A stretch of 64,000 nucleotides of DNA from Octopus bimaculoides (lineage: Eukaryota), in assembly GCF_001194135.2 (NCBI RefSeq), contig NC_068994.1, positions 39,487,071-39,551,070 of the forward strand. The letters are read 5' to 3'. How positions within the stretch are numbered: position 1 is the first letter of the stretch; each line of letters begins with the position of its first letter. Shown one piece after another: positions 1 to 13,400 of the stretch. The translations under genes and the position numbers were made by a program. The notes under the pieces are model-generated. The model had not been told where the DNA came from. It saw only the letters and a list, made by a program, of their open reading frames with translations, and did not search any database.

Positions 1-201
1 AGGCACAAGGCCTGAAATTTTGGGGGAGGGGGCCAGTTGATTAGAACGACCCCAGTACGCAACTGATACTTAATTTATTAACCCCGAAAGGATGAAAAGC
101 AAAGTTGACCTCGGCAGAATTTGAACTCAGAACGTAAAGACAGATGAAATGCCACTAAGCATTTTGCCTGGCATGCTAACGTTTCTGCCAGTTCACCACC
201 T
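1..201 (-). mobile_element. tRNA-derived SINE, family A (cut by the window edge)
   Basis: The minus strand reads GGTGGTGAACTGGCAGAAACGTTAGC (A-box-like), then GAGTTCAAATTC (B-box), then a central CTTTGCTTTTCATCCTTTCGGGGTTAATAAATTAAGTATCAG. The same ~200-bp sequence recurs at 15175, 22651, 40736 and 55163. Confidence 0.9.
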
Positions 202-744
202 TTACCAGCCCCGATACTTATTGATCAGACCTCGTATGTACAAGCGATACATGTTTCATAGCTGAAGTCACTTGTCAGTCATGTTTGAGTATGTCATTTA
301 ATCTGTGTCCGTTCTGATTGAACAGGCCATGATGTCCCAATTTTAATTCAGATAAAAATCTTGTTGGCCCCTGTTTGGTGATGGTTGAGCACAATAGTCA
401 TGAAAAATTTTCAAGCTATCAGCATTTTGTTTTAGTCTAAGTGTATTGCATTTAGAAGTACATTATTCAAAGTGTAATTTTTAATATGGCAGAGTATGGT
501 ATTTTCCTGCAAGTCCAGTGAATATGGCAAATGCATAAAAGTGGCATCAACATTTCAGTGATGAATGGTTAATTAAAATATGGAATATGATTAATTAAAA
601 TATGGAAAAGAAATATTATCACTATTGAAAAATTATTCATCCAAAGTTGTACCACAACCTACTTAAGTAGCGAAATATAAATAATAAGCAAAAATTTTGA
701 GGAAAGCAAGTTTTATTTATCCATCTATAATTGGCACAATCATG

Positions 745-1078
745 CCTGCATTGCACCATGGGAAAGTAAGTGCCTTCTACTATATACTCAGGCTGACCAG
801 AGACTTGTGAGTGGATTTGATGGACAGAAGTTGAATATGTATACATGTATATATCTGTGTGTGTGTTTGTTTGTGTTTTTCCTCCACCACTGCTTGACAG
901 CTGGTGTTGGTTTATTTATGTCCCTGTAACTTAGCATCTTGGTAAAAAAAATATATACTGGCTAGAATAAGTACTAGGCTTAAAATGTAGTTGGGGGTGA
1001 TTATTTGTTTGACTTCAAGGTGGTGACCCAGTATGGCTGCAGACCAAAGAAACAAGTAAAAGATAAAAGATAAAGATA
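745..1078 (+). mobile_element. SINE family B (CORE-like head, internal microsatellite, conserved tail), 5'-decayed
   Basis: Matches the copies at 12104-12504 and 44478-45053: ...CTTGTGAGTGGATTTG..., then (TA/TG)n, then ...GAATAAGTACTAGGCTT...ATGGCTGCAG...GAAACAAGTAAAAGATAAAAGA. Confidence 0.8.
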
Positions 1079-1373
1079 TAACTGAACAACACGCACACAC
1101 ACACTAAGGTCTCCCTAAACTAGAAACCTTAAATAAGTATTTCCTGAGCCATAATTAGAGCCCCAATGAAGAATAATCACACAATATCAATATATGGAGT
1201 AATATAAACAACAAAACCACTGAAAACCAAGAAACCAAGATTTCTTTAATAAGTTCAGCCTTATGGAAATGTGGGATAACTTAGAACAACAAAACTACAA
1301 GATTTAAAAGATTCAGACAACAAACATTTCAAAAATATACTTCTATCACCTGCAATTGTATAATAAATTTCTG

Positions 1374-1520
1374 CAGTTTCCGTCTATGAAATTTCTTTCT
1401 CAGAGTAATGGATGACACTAGACTATGATAAAAGATGCTGAGCCCCAGATTCGATGCTATAGGATTGAACTCAAAACCATGTAGTTGTGAAGCAAAACTT
1501 CATAACTACACAATCATGCC
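1374..1520 (-). mobile_element. SINE family B head, degenerate
   Basis: Reverse-complement similarity to the family B head (CAGTTTCCGTCTA...ATTGAACTCAAAACCATGTAGTTG...). Confidence 0.6.
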
Positions 1521-1819
1521 AGTGTTTGTATATCTGCCTTTGAGAAATTTCTACAGACTCTTCAAGAGATTCACTCATCAATTGAAATATGAAGAAATAA
1601 AGTGAGACAGACCTCTCAAAGTTAGTCTAATCTAATTATACTTGTTGTCATTTTGAAAAGCACCCAATTAAGTTGGTTTCATTGAAATAAAATTTTATTT
1701 TGAATTTCAAGAAATAAATAAAATTTTTAAACTTGCTGTGCTTGAATTAATAAAAAGTTAGCAGAACCAATTGCACTCAGCCAACAATAATAAATTGCTG
1801 TAATGATTCTGATAACAAC

Positions 1820-1925
1820 AATAGTGACGGCGATGACGATGACGACAACAACAACAACAACACTGTCACCACCACCGCTATTGCCAATAACAACATTAAT
1901 AATAATAACAATATCATTATTATTT

Positions 1926-1959
<34 letters not shown>

Positions 1960-2046
1960 CATTATTATCATCATTATTAATAATAATAATGATGATGATG
2001 ATGATAATAATAATAATATAATAATAATAATAATAATAATAACAAC
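1820..2046. repeat. Compound trinucleotide microsatellite (GAC/AAC/CAC, TTA then TAA/TGA)
   Basis: Visible directly. It explains the low-complexity ORFs at 1727-2140. Confidence 0.95.
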
Positions 2047-5040
2047 AGTGTTGTTTTAATTGATTGTTATTAGTTATTCTGGAAATAATATGAATGCATG
2101 TGTGAAAAGAAAAGAAAGAAAATACTTTCCTGAAAATCAAGGAAAAGGATTTATTAAGGCCTGTATATGACTACAAACATATATAACAAAACTCATCTAG
2201 ATGACATCTGCGCAATTATATGTAGATGTATTTCATAAATGATTAAAGCTGAATTGAAACATCTATTATGAGATGGTCAATTAGGATTTTTCAAAGTAGC
2301 TAGTTTATTGCTATTGTCTAGCTACAGATATGTATGTGTATGCCTGCATATGTAATGGACTTTCACATTATACATTCATTAAGACATCATAAATCATATC
2401 AGATATCATTTACTGAATAAGGAATCATGAAGCTTCTATTCTCTTCTATATTTGTATCCATCTTAAATCTTTGAATATTTGTAGTTAGGGTGAAAGAGTC
2501 ATTAGGAATTTGATTTCATTGGTTGTTGTTATACGAAGGAAAAAGAAGAGGAGATAGAGGAAGAAGTATGTTAGAGTAGTAGCTGGAAATGGTAATAAAC
2601 AGGAGTTGTGTGGAAGTATCACTGTACATTAACTGAAGAGAAACTAATATGAAATTAGAAAAGACAATCTATGTAAGAACGACAGGAATATAGGAAATAG
2701 ATGCAATTTTCTTATGGCTTAAACATTACCTTAATGCTTATCAATAAATTTAAAATGCAATTTGGTAAGTTTCTAAAGTGTGAGTCTTAGGATAATAGAA
2801 TTAAAATAGTATATATTAAGCGTGTAAAGCATTTAACAAAAAGAAAATTAGAAATCATTTTAGTCTAGCTGGTGAGTATTCTGATAAATTTATTAAAGTA
2901 TCTGTGAGAAACTATTTCATTGTTCATTGAAGGAAAATTCGCCATATTATACAAAATGTATTTCATAAATAATGATATACTTCTGAAATATGTGTATCAG
3001 ACTAAAAGGGCCTGTAAACTCGGGAGTTTTGCTCTCATAATATTAATGCTTTAAAATCTAAAAGGAATCTCAAAAGGTTAGATCATTTGAGCTTTGTGAG
3101 TATAACAGATATGGCTAGGTTTACTTGAAAGGATGTAATTATGGTTTACTTTCAGTATGGGCTGCATATTGTCTGAATTTCTATGCAATGTAATGTTGAA
3201 ATGATTCAGAAGCAATGGTGATGAGTTAGCTATTGTTGTTCAACATGTGGAAAATGGTTTCAGATTTACATGTTAAATATGTTAAATAAGAGGGAGGAAA
3301 ATATACACACATGTATTTATGATTAAAACAAATACAATGGATAATGTTTAATGAACAATAGCCCTTCATGAAAACAAAGAGATATACTATGCTTTTGGTA
3401 AAATGATCATGCTATATGACTGTAAACTAAGATTGACAGAGAGTGAATATAATTGAATATAGATAGCTAATCATTTACACATGAAAGATAAATTAAGTTC
3501 AATCAAGATTACTTCATACATTAATACAGAGGACAGACAGCCTGTTATTTTATGCAGGTATTGAGTCTTAGATTCTAGTTTTACAATGGTTTTCATATTG
3601 CATTATAATTTTGCCAATAATCTCTTACCCTCTTTGAATCCTTTAATCCATTTGGTTAACAACTAAAGCAAAGCTCCATTTTGGTCAGATTCAAAGTCCA
3701 TCAAAGACCATCAAGCAGAGTAATATTTGAAGTAAATGTAAATGGAATTATTAATATTTAATTTATTTCTTAATGCAGTTTAAATCAGAACCATATACCT
3801 GATAGAATCAAGCCTTTAGTCTATTATTTAGGACTTATTGTTGATGGTAATGTATTTGTCCACTTATATACTAATGTGTTTTAATATAGATTATTGAAAT
3901 TGTAGTTCTCTTCTATTCCTATTTATGTATGTTTAGAAAAACAATAACTTCTTTTTAAACATTAATGAATCAGAAAATAGTTAGCAAAAGACTTTGTGTG
4001 GTACGTATGCATACCCCATAAAATATTTACTCCACAACTGTAATAACCTTTTCTGAAATCTATTATGTTTCTTTCCTTTCTGAATTAATTTTATATACAA
4101 ACAATAAATTATTCTATTTCCTTAGATTTATAAAAATTCCTAACAACAATAAATATTTTTACTATATATTTTCTTCTTGAAAATCTAAAATATTTAAAAA
4201 CAGCTGCTTTGGGATTATATGTACGAATAAGTAAATAATGGTTTTATGTTAGTTTTTTTTTTCTTTCTGATCAGTAATGTCTACATCCATTTACTTTATT
4301 CTTTATTACATTTAAATTCTTGCTTTTAGTTTTGTTAAAGTCTTTACAACAGGGACATATGTTAATTGCATCCATTATCTTAGAATAATGCTTTATTAAT
4401 GTCTTTCAGTAGGTTATAGATTTTTCAAGCTAAAGCCATTTTATTTCCTTTCATTTACCAGTAAACATTACAGGCTTTTGAGTTTTAGTCAAGGAAGTAA
4501 TGCATTCTATATTGTACATTATATAAAGTTGTAACTATTGAAAAAAAAAAAAAAAAAACTATTCAATAATAATCCTAAGTTTTATGTTTCCAGGAAATTA
4601 AAAATTATTTTTACAAATGCTATGCCAGTTTCAGATTTTGTATTTTAGTTACAATCAAAATCACATGTTGCCAACATAAAATGTTGCTGTATTAAGATAA
4701 CTTTGCCCTACAGATACAAACTCCTGGACACATATGAATGAGAACAGTTGCAGGAAAATTTAACTTTAATTCTTTAAGAGGAAGTAAATTGAAAACATTC
4801 CTTGCTGTGTGGAGATCAACATATCAAAGAATAGAACTCATTTCCCTTACATGTCATAAAAGATGATTTAAAGAGGTTGAGGTAGGATTCGCTCTCTGGC
4901 CTCATTAAACCCTTGCCAGCAATTACTACCCAAACAAATACATGAGTTGGAAGGCTGTCACCTAAGTGGAGCAAAGGTGTCATCCAGCAGGCATTCAGAA
5001 TCACCAACAACAGTGACATGCTGTCACAGCACATGGCCCA

Positions 5041-5077
<37 letters not shown>

Positions 5078-5106
5078 GCTGCTGCTACTGCTGCTGCTGC
5101 AACTAC
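5041..5106. repeat. (ACT)n(GCT)n microsatellite
   Basis: Visible directly. Confidence 0.95.
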
Positions 5107-5340
5107 TAACATAAATTTTAAACCATACTTGCAGGATGATATCATTGGCTGTTGCAAGTTACTTAGCTATAGGTTCAATATTTCAATTCAGTTTTATTTC
5201 ATTAGAATATTTACTCATATGGTCATTTAATTAAACTGAATCTGCTGCAATATTACACATTTTAGAATGTCCTTTACAATATCGTCATCAGTTATATTTA
5301 TTAAAACTAAGCAAGATTCATGATGTTTCCGTCAAATCAT

Positions 5341-5358
5341 TTTGATGACGTCATCAAA
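5341..5358. promoter_or_regulatory. Perfect 18-bp palindrome containing a full CRE (ATGACGTCAT)
   Basis: TTTGATGACGTCATCAAA is its own reverse complement, with TGACGTCA at 5346-5353. Function is not shown. Confidence 0.3.
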
Positions 5359-6504
5359 TTCAACTCTATGGCAAGTAACCTTAGAAATCAGGTTCCAGTC
5401 AAATAAACTATGAAGAGATCTGACAAAATTCACTGTAATTCTTTTTACCAACAACACCAAAGAATACCAAACATAAGTGACTATCATATTCAAGAATATA
5501 AGATATGGTATTATACAAAGTATAACATTCACAGCACATACACAAGACATAGCAAAAATAAATTAAAGCTTAAGCACTCAGATATCACACACACATTTTG
5601 TTAACACAAAAGAAACACTAACACTATACAAAGAATAAGAATATATTGAGTATTAAGTCAATTAGTGGGTGTGCTAGTCTTTCCTGAAGCCTATACATTC
5701 TACAGACCCCCCCCCCAGCAAAGACCAAACTCCTGCATTTTCTTTTACCCAAAGCCAAGAATTTTCAGCTCCCCTTCTTACAACATTTTACAACACAGTG
5801 TCAACCATCATTCTAAGAACATTTTTCCCTTTTAAGAGCAGACAAAGAACATACATATAAAAACGTAACAAGATTAATATCATAGGTTGTCAATATAAGC
5901 AGTGTTGTTATGTACATTACTGGTGACAATTGCTGATGAACATTTTGCCAACCATTGTCTTGGCCACTACCAGATTATATAGGTTAGCAACATAGCTAAC
6001 CAATGGAGGATCCTCTAACTCTGATTGCTCAAATTACTGTGGAAATGTGAGAAAAATAGTAATGTGCTACACTAATAGCATATAGTCACAACAATATACA
6101 CTGGAATTCATAGACCACTGAAGTCTTTTTATCTATTTGGTATTGATAAAATAAGGAACAGTAAAATAGTTGACTTGATCAAATTAACTAGGCACTCCTA
6201 CAAAAGATATTACCATGTACCTAACTCAGGAAACATGGCTTAGTCATGTCTCATGTTGTGTTCTGATTTCAAATTATAATTTTGTTTGTAATGGCTAAGA
6301 TAAAGAACTAGTAAGTTACTACAGTTAAATCAATTGACTATTCTTTAACCCTGCAAATATATGAAACATGTAATAACAAAAGAGATTAATATTAAGCTTA
6401 TATCTAAGGTGTCTAGAAATGGACTGAAATAAGTAGAATTTTCAGTTGAGTAGGGAAAATGAATTGTTGGGGTAGGCTTGATATGACCTCATTGTTGATG
6501 AGAT

Positions 6505-6975
6505 GGAATGGGTTCCCTAAATTACAACATATCACCAATCAACATAATCCTTTGTCTTCTCCTCTGTGAGACTCAACATCTTGAGATTGATTTTCACAAC
6601 TTCATTTCCTTGAGTTTCCTTCTGTCACAGGTTCCATCCACAAATAACAATCAGCACTTCTTTATGCAGTTGTCTTCATCCATTTTCATCAAATGATCAT
6701 ACCAGCACAAATTTCTCTCTTCCATGCTACATCTGATGCCTCTTATGCTCAATGCTTCTCTCAACACGTTTGCAATTTGTAACACAGGCACATCCAGCAG
6801 AGCATGGTAGCTCCAGCTCTTTCTAGTCTTTGCATCTACTCTGCATTCACACCTCAAGTTTCACAACCATGTAGCATTGCAATTCATACCCAAGTGTCAT
6901 ATGATCTGCCTTTCACTCTGAGAGAGAAGCCTTTTATAACTAACAGAAGTAACAGCTCATTGAACTTTATTCAGT
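6505..6975 (-). mobile_element. RTE-clade LINE 3' ORF fragment, degenerate
   Basis: Minus-strand translation with stops and frameshifts: KFNELLLLLVIKGFSLRVKGRSYDTWV*IAMLHGCET*GVNAE*MQRLERAGATMLCWMC... and LREALSIRGIRCSMEERNLCWYDHLMKMDEDNCIKKC. This is the typical post-RT region of RTE elements (LHGSETW, LRWYGHVMRM). Confidence 0.85.
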
Positions 6976-6986
6976 CAGTTCTTCTT

Positions 6987-6987
<1 letters not shown>

Positions 6988-7029
<42 letters not shown>

Positions 7030-7063
7030 TGCGTGCATGCACACACACACACACACACACACA
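6988..7063. repeat. (CA)n microsatellite
   Basis: Visible directly. Confidence 0.95.
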
Positions 7064-7406
7064 AACACATGGATATGAATATATATAATAAAATTTGCTG
7101 AGTATGATAAATGCATATACATACATACATATATAATTTGTCACACTGAGCAAATTTTATAATATATATATATGTAATACTCTCCTAGATTTCATTGAGT
7201 CCATTTCCATATCTATAGTCTTGTTATTCCAATGATAACCAAGTACAGAGTTACATATATGATCATGCCAATACATACATATATATACACACACACATAT
7301 TTGTGCATATAGATTTTCTATATACATATGTATGTATATATGTATATGTATGTATATCTATCTATCTATCTATCTCTCTTTATATATATATATATATATA
7401 TATATA

Positions 7407-7894
7407 NNNNNNNNNNNNNNNNNNNNNNNNNNNNNNNNNNNNNNNNNNNNNNNNNNNNNNNNNNNNNNNNNNNNNNNNNNNNNNNNNNNNNNNNNNNNNN
7501 NNNNNNNNNNNNNNNNNNNNNNNNNNNNNNNNNNNNNNNNNNNNNNNNNNNNNNNNNNNNNNNNNNNNNNNNNNNNNNNNNNNNNNNNNNNNNNNNNNNN
7601 NNNNNNNNNNNNNNNNNNNNNNNNNNNNNNNNNNNNNNNNNNNNNNNNNNNNNNNNNNNNNNNNNNNNNNNNNNNNNNNNNNNNNNNNNNNNNNNNNNNN
7701 NNNNNNNNNNNNNNNNNNNNNNNNNNNNNNNNNNNNNNNNNNNNNNNNNNNNNNNNNNNNNNNNNNNNNNNNNNNNNNNNNNNNNNNNNNNNNNNNNNNN
7801 NNNNNNNNNNNNNNNNNNNNNNNNNNNNNNNNNNNNNNNNNNNNNNNNNNNNNNNNNNNNNNNNNNNNNNNNNNNNNNNNTAAATGAATGAATG

Positions 7895-7928
<34 letters not shown>

Positions 7929-8477
7929 TGAATATATATATATGTATGCATGTATGAATATATATATATGTATATATACATATATGGAGATTTTCAGACA
8001 AATAAATGAATTAATGCATACATGAAAACATTGAAAAGAACTGCACTGAATAGAAAAACAGACCATAAACTGAAGTCTTCTCATAGATTTGCCAATACTG
8101 TTAAAGCTATGGATATTAATTCTCTGTATTTGAAAATTAGTGCTACCATGATTTCTTCACAAAATATCATAATGTAATTTATACTGGCAGCTTATTAAAA
8201 ATTTTCCTTTGAAAGTAATTTTGTGTGCACATATGCTTATGTATATACATAAGTGTGCATCTATAGATATTTGTGTTCAAATGTCTATAAGTCTGTGTGA
8301 ATGTGTATGTGTTTGTATATCAGTGTGTCTATGTGTGTGTGTTTCTATACATCCTATTTTTGTATGTAAATGCAACAAAATATTTATGAATGTAAATTAA
8401 GATTCTTTGGATATGCATGTAGAGAATCATATATTTAACTACTTATATTATCTACACACACACTTTTATGTGTATAC

Positions 8478-8513
<36 letters not shown>

Positions 8514-9306
8514 GCATGTACATATACATTTATACATTTATATACACGTATATATGTATTTAGNNNNNNNNNNNNNNNNNNNNNNNNNNNNNNNNNNNNN
8601 NNNNNNNNNNNNNNNNNNNNNNNNNNNNNNNNNNNNNNNNNNNNNNNNNNNNNNNNNNNNNNNNNNNNNNNNNNNNNNNNNNNNNNNNNNNNNNNNNNNN
8701 NNNNNNNNNNNNNNNNNNNNNNNNNNNNNNNNNNNNNNNNNNNNNNNNNNNNNNNNNNNNNNNNNNNNNNNNNNNNNNNNNNNNNNNNNNNNNNNNNNNN
8801 NNNNNNNNNNNNNNNNNNNNNNNNNNNNNNNNNNNNNNNNNNNNNNNNNNNNNNNNNNNNNNNNNNNNNNNNNNNNNNNNNNNNNNNNNNNNNNNNNNNN
8901 NNNNNNNNNNNNNNNNNNNNNNNNNNNNNNNNNNNNNNNNNNNNNNNNNNNNNNNNNNNNNNNNNNNNNNNNNNNNNNNNNNNNNNNNNNNNNNNNNNNN
9001 NNNNNNNNNNNNNNNNNNNNNNNNNNNNNNNNNNNNNNNNNNNNNNNNNNNNNNNNNNNNNNNNNNNNNNNNNNNNNNNNNNNNNNNNNNNNNNNNNNNN
9101 NNNNNNNNNNNNNNNNNNNNNNNNNNNNNNNNNNNNNNNNNNNNNNNNNNNNNNNNNNNNNNNNNNNNNNNNNNNNNNNNNNNNNNNNNNNNNNNNNNNN
9201 NNNNNNNNNNNNNNNNNNNNNNNNNNNNNNNNNNNNNNNNNNNNNNNNNNNNNNNNNNNNNNNNNNNNNNNNNNNNNNNNNNNNNNNNNNNNNNNNNNNN
9301 NNNNNN
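7407..9306. other. Two assembly gaps (7407-7880, 8564-9306) flanked by (TA)n
   Basis: Runs of N. The other gaps are at 13956-14389, 14882-14891, 18557-18750, 23109-23824, 28101-28437, 41827-41836, 42193-42202, 46017-46037 and 62815-63210. Most abut microsatellites. Confidence 0.99.
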
Positions 9307-9961
9307 ATATATATATATATTATACTGAGAAAGACTTATACACCCTGCACATAAATCTATACCATCTGAGTGGTTTACTGTTTCTATGTGTAAATGCATT
9401 TTTAATGTGCTCATGTGTTTATATTATACATGGTATATTGAAAGGTTTCCTGTTCTGTTAAACCATGTTAAAATCAGTACTGTAAGCGTATGTTTTCAGA
9501 AATATTATTATATCAATCCCTATTAAATCTTCATCATTGTACATACACACATACAAACATGTGTATATGTCACATGCACCTACACATAAGTACACACATA
9601 TGTATGGGTGTGTATATAATTATATATATGTCTATATTAATATAGTCTGCTATATATTGCTATATCTATCTATCTATCTCTCCATGCATTTATACATACA
9701 TACATACATACATATATATATAAGTATACATACACACACCCACACATATATATATAAGTATACAGACAGATATAGATATATACACACATGAACACAGACA
9801 TGCGTATTCATACATAGACACAATTACAGATATTACAGTAAGTGTGTATTTGATAAATTGGCAGTGGAAATGATAATATCTATAATGTAAATCTTTATAA
9901 TATTGCGGCAAATTTTCGAATGACAGGATGTAATAATAATTGGTCTAAATACAGAGAGATT

Positions 9962-9991
9962 AAGAGAGGAAGCAGAAAAGAGAGAGAGAGG

Positions 9992-10027
<36 letters not shown>

Positions 10028-10082
10028 AGAAGAGAGAAAGTGATAGAGAGGAGGAGCTGAATGAGAGAGACACACACACACA
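9962..10082. repeat. (GA)n purine tract followed by (CA)n
   Basis: Visible directly. Confidence 0.95.
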
Positions 10083-10914
10083 CATGCTGCTAGAAATTTA
10101 TGTCAATAAATATGCATAGACAGGTACGCACATATATTTTTATAGTAATTCCTACAGAAATATTATATATATCTATATCTATCTATTTGTCTATCCATCT
10201 ATCTATCTATTTGTCTATCTGTCTATCTGTGTGTTTATATATATGTGTATGTGTGTGTATGTATGTATGTGCACATACATATATACATGGGAGAGAGAGA
10301 GTGTGTGTGTGAGTGTGCGTGTGTGCATATGTGTGTGTGTGTGTGTACTTATATATGAACATCCATATTCATTTTTTTTGCTAAGATAGCATTTTCTTTG
10401 TTGTAAAACTATAATCACAATTTTGTTCACCTTGTTCAGTTTGGGCACATTAGATTCTACCCTTCCTATCTGACAGCTATTTCAACAAGGTTTTTACAGG
10501 AATATATCCTTGTTTTTTGTACATCAGTGGAAGAAGCAAGTAGCCACAGAAACATCTTGATGATATGGAAGTCCGCTGTAATTTACAAATATGCATATTT
10601 TTCTTTACATTGGTATGTTCACGATTCATTCTTCCCATTCATATATTACACATAGGCATTGATCATAGGCTCAACTTATGTCTAATTAGTTATAGAACTA
10701 TCAAAGTGAATACATGCCTCAATTAAATAAATTGTGATGATCCTTGTAATATGCTTTGTGATGTGCCTTCTGAGGGTCATATGTATCTAATTACTGTATA
10801 ATTTGCCCCAAAGTATTGCATGCTTTCTAAATTAATACATTTGCAAGTTGAGTTTGATGGAAAAATTTTCACCTCCTGAGTTAGAAAATTTCTATGTGTA
10901 AATAAAATGCTTGT

Positions 10915-11144
10915 TTTACCTTTTTGTTACCATATTTATTTTCAGATTCTCTGTGTTTCTTTCAATTCATTTTAAATATAACAAAGAATTTACTAAAATA
11001 ACTTAGTTATCATTAAGCTAGTGTTAGGAATATAAATTGTGACCAAGATTTGGTGGAAGATTTTAATTCAAAATTTATGAAACCAAAACATTTGTACTAC
11101 AGAGCCAGAGGCAGTTTCAGCTGGGTTGGTATCAAAAGAGTTAA
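10915..11144. mobile_element. TTAA-ended MITE (piggyBac/Kolobok-like non-autonomous DNA element)
   Basis: The left end TTTACCTTTTTGTTACCA and right end TTGGTATCAAAAGAGTTAA (reverse complement TTAACTCTTTTGATACCAA) form imperfect terminal inverted repeats around ~230 bp with no coding capacity. Confidence 0.6.
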
Positions 11145-11521
11145 TTCCCCTTCTTTGAGATGGCTACTTTATATTCAGTCCCCTCGTGACTGACTGCAAG
11201 GCTATATAAGAACCAAGCTCTTTCCAGACAGTCTAAACAAGCAAACTGGCAGAGTATTCTCTATATGTTCCCAAAGGTCACTGTAAAGCAAATATATGCA
11301 TAATTTCTTAATGAATGCATGCATGTATGTATGTATGTATGTATGTGTGACATTCACTGTTTCATTTTATACCTTTCACACAGACATTGATAATTGTACC
11401 AACTAAAGTCTAATGAAACATAGTACTTTCAATGAATACATGCTTTGATTAGATGAATAAAGGTAAGCAATACAAACTGTAATATATGTGTTTACTTACT
11501 ATATACAACCACACACCACAC

Positions 11522-11560
<39 letters not shown>

Positions 11561-11577
11561 AAACATATTTGATGGGC

Positions 11578-11705
11578 TTTTTCAATTTCCATCACATTTC
11601 CTCCCAAGGCATTGATTGGCTTGGGGCAGCAGTAAAAGCCACTCACCTATGGTGCTGTGCTGTGAAATTGAACCAAAAATCACATGAATAAGTAGTGAAC
11701 ATTTC
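11578..11705 (-). mobile_element. SINE family B head, degenerate
   Basis: CAAGGCATTGATTGGCTTGGGGC...GGTGCTGTGCTGTGAAATTGAACC resembles the reverse complement of the family B head. Confidence 0.5.
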
Positions 11706-12103
11706 ACCTCACATCCATGCATATACATATTTACACAAATGTATGTATGTATGTATGTATGTATGTATGTATGTATGTATGCATGTATGTATTCAAGTAG
11801 ACTGCTCAGCTTTGCTGTGGATGAGATAACTGCTCTGATATTGATGCAACCATAATAAAATACAAGCAGTACACTCGGAAAGGGGATCAAGCAATAGAAA
11901 CTACATAAAATTTTGAATCAACGCATAAGATCAGAAATATTAAGTACTTATTTGGTTTTACATATGTATACACTGCGTATAAATATATATATATGTGTGT
12001 ATGTATATGTATGTATATATATACATATATGTATGTGTGTATATATACAACGTTCAATGATGATGATGATGATGATGATGATGATATATTTATATACATA
12101 TAT

Positions 12104-12504
12104 ATTCTTTTATTCTTTTACTTGATTCAGTCATTTGACTGCGACAATCCTGGAGCACCGCCTTTAATCGAACAATTCAACCCCAGGACTTATTCTTTGG
12201 AAGCCTAGTACTTATTCTGTCCGTCTCTTTTGCTGAACCTGCTAAGTTACGGGGATGTAAATGCACTAACATTGGTTGTCAAACGATGGAGCAGGGACAA
12301 ACACAGACACACACACAAATATATACACATATATATATATATATACGATGGGATTCTTTCTGTTTCTGTCTACCCAATCCACTCACAAGGCTTTGGTCAG
12401 CCCAAGGCTATAACAGAAGACACTTGCCCAAGGTGCCATGCAGTTGGACTGAACCCAGAACCATGTGGTTGAGATGCAAGTTTCTTACCACAGAGCCACT
12501 CCTG
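12104..12504 (-). mobile_element. Full-length SINE family B
   Basis: Minus strand: tRNA-like head (GTGGTAAGAAACTTGCATCTCAACCACATGGTTCTGGGTTCAGTCC), CORE-like TGGCACCTTGGGCAAGTGTCTT, a short (TA/TG) spacer, and a tail ending GTCAAATGACTGAATCAAGTAAAAGAATAAAAGA. Confidence 0.9.
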
Positions 12505-13276
12505 TATATATATAATTGAAAATAAAGAGGAGAGTGGAGATTTAGTCACATCCAAAACTTCTTATTAAAAATGTTTTCTACAACATTTGTAACAATTACC
12601 AACATATGTTTCAATTGCAGCAACTACACATTGCTCTGTATGCAATTATGCATCCTAGTCACTGCAATTTCATCAAGGATCCATCACTTACGGTATTTTT
12701 CAAAGAGAACTAATTCAAACAAGTTTCCTGCGTTGGTATTCAGTTCAAGGCTATAGCGTTACTTTTTAAAGCAAATTGAATTCTGGTCTTATAATCCTCT
12801 CCACTGGTATTACAGTTGAAACGTAGTTTATAAAATGTTCATTCATATTACAATCAATTGAAGCAGTTTTGTTTACACTTTATTGTATGGAGTAAATTAT
12901 TTATTCTGAGGGAATTCGTTTATGTTTGGGTTTAAACCCTCAATCATTCTTTGCAAAAATTTCACTAATTATCACAATCATTATATTAACGAGTATAATT
13001 ATTATATATGGTAATTTATATTTCTTCAAACCATTTAAACATATATTTAACCCAATGTGGACATCTCATAGCCTGTTCCTTTTTAGTGTTTATAATAGTA
13101 TATTAAGAAAAGAAAATTTGGTACATTTCTTTCACACTTAGATCTATTATTGTCTATTGTATAAGGTTTTGCTTTACTAATAATTTCCCAAGCAATCAAA
13201 AATGCTTGGTTACTATCTTTAAGTGCTCAAATTAGCATACTAAGGCCAGTAGTATTCACATACACACACTTCTGTA

Positions 13277-13319
<43 letters not shown>

Positions 13320-13400
13320 TTATTTATTTATGTGTTTCAGCCAAGTGGCTGCGGTCATGCTGGTGCATATATATATGCACCATATATATATATATATATA

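Noticed and set aside
1727-2140. Poly-I/Y/N/V/T ORFs, and the many YIYI, HTHT, CVCV and LSIY ORFs throughout the window
   Set aside because: They are translations of di-, tri- and tetranucleotide microsatellites that lack stop codons in some frames.
7303-9414. Long ORFs of 180-290 aa, and similar ones at 13.8-14.6, 18.5-18.9, 27.9-28.6 and 62.7-63.3 kb
   Set aside because: Their length comes from N runs translated as X. Only the 22963-24048 ORF has real protein motifs on both sides of its gap.
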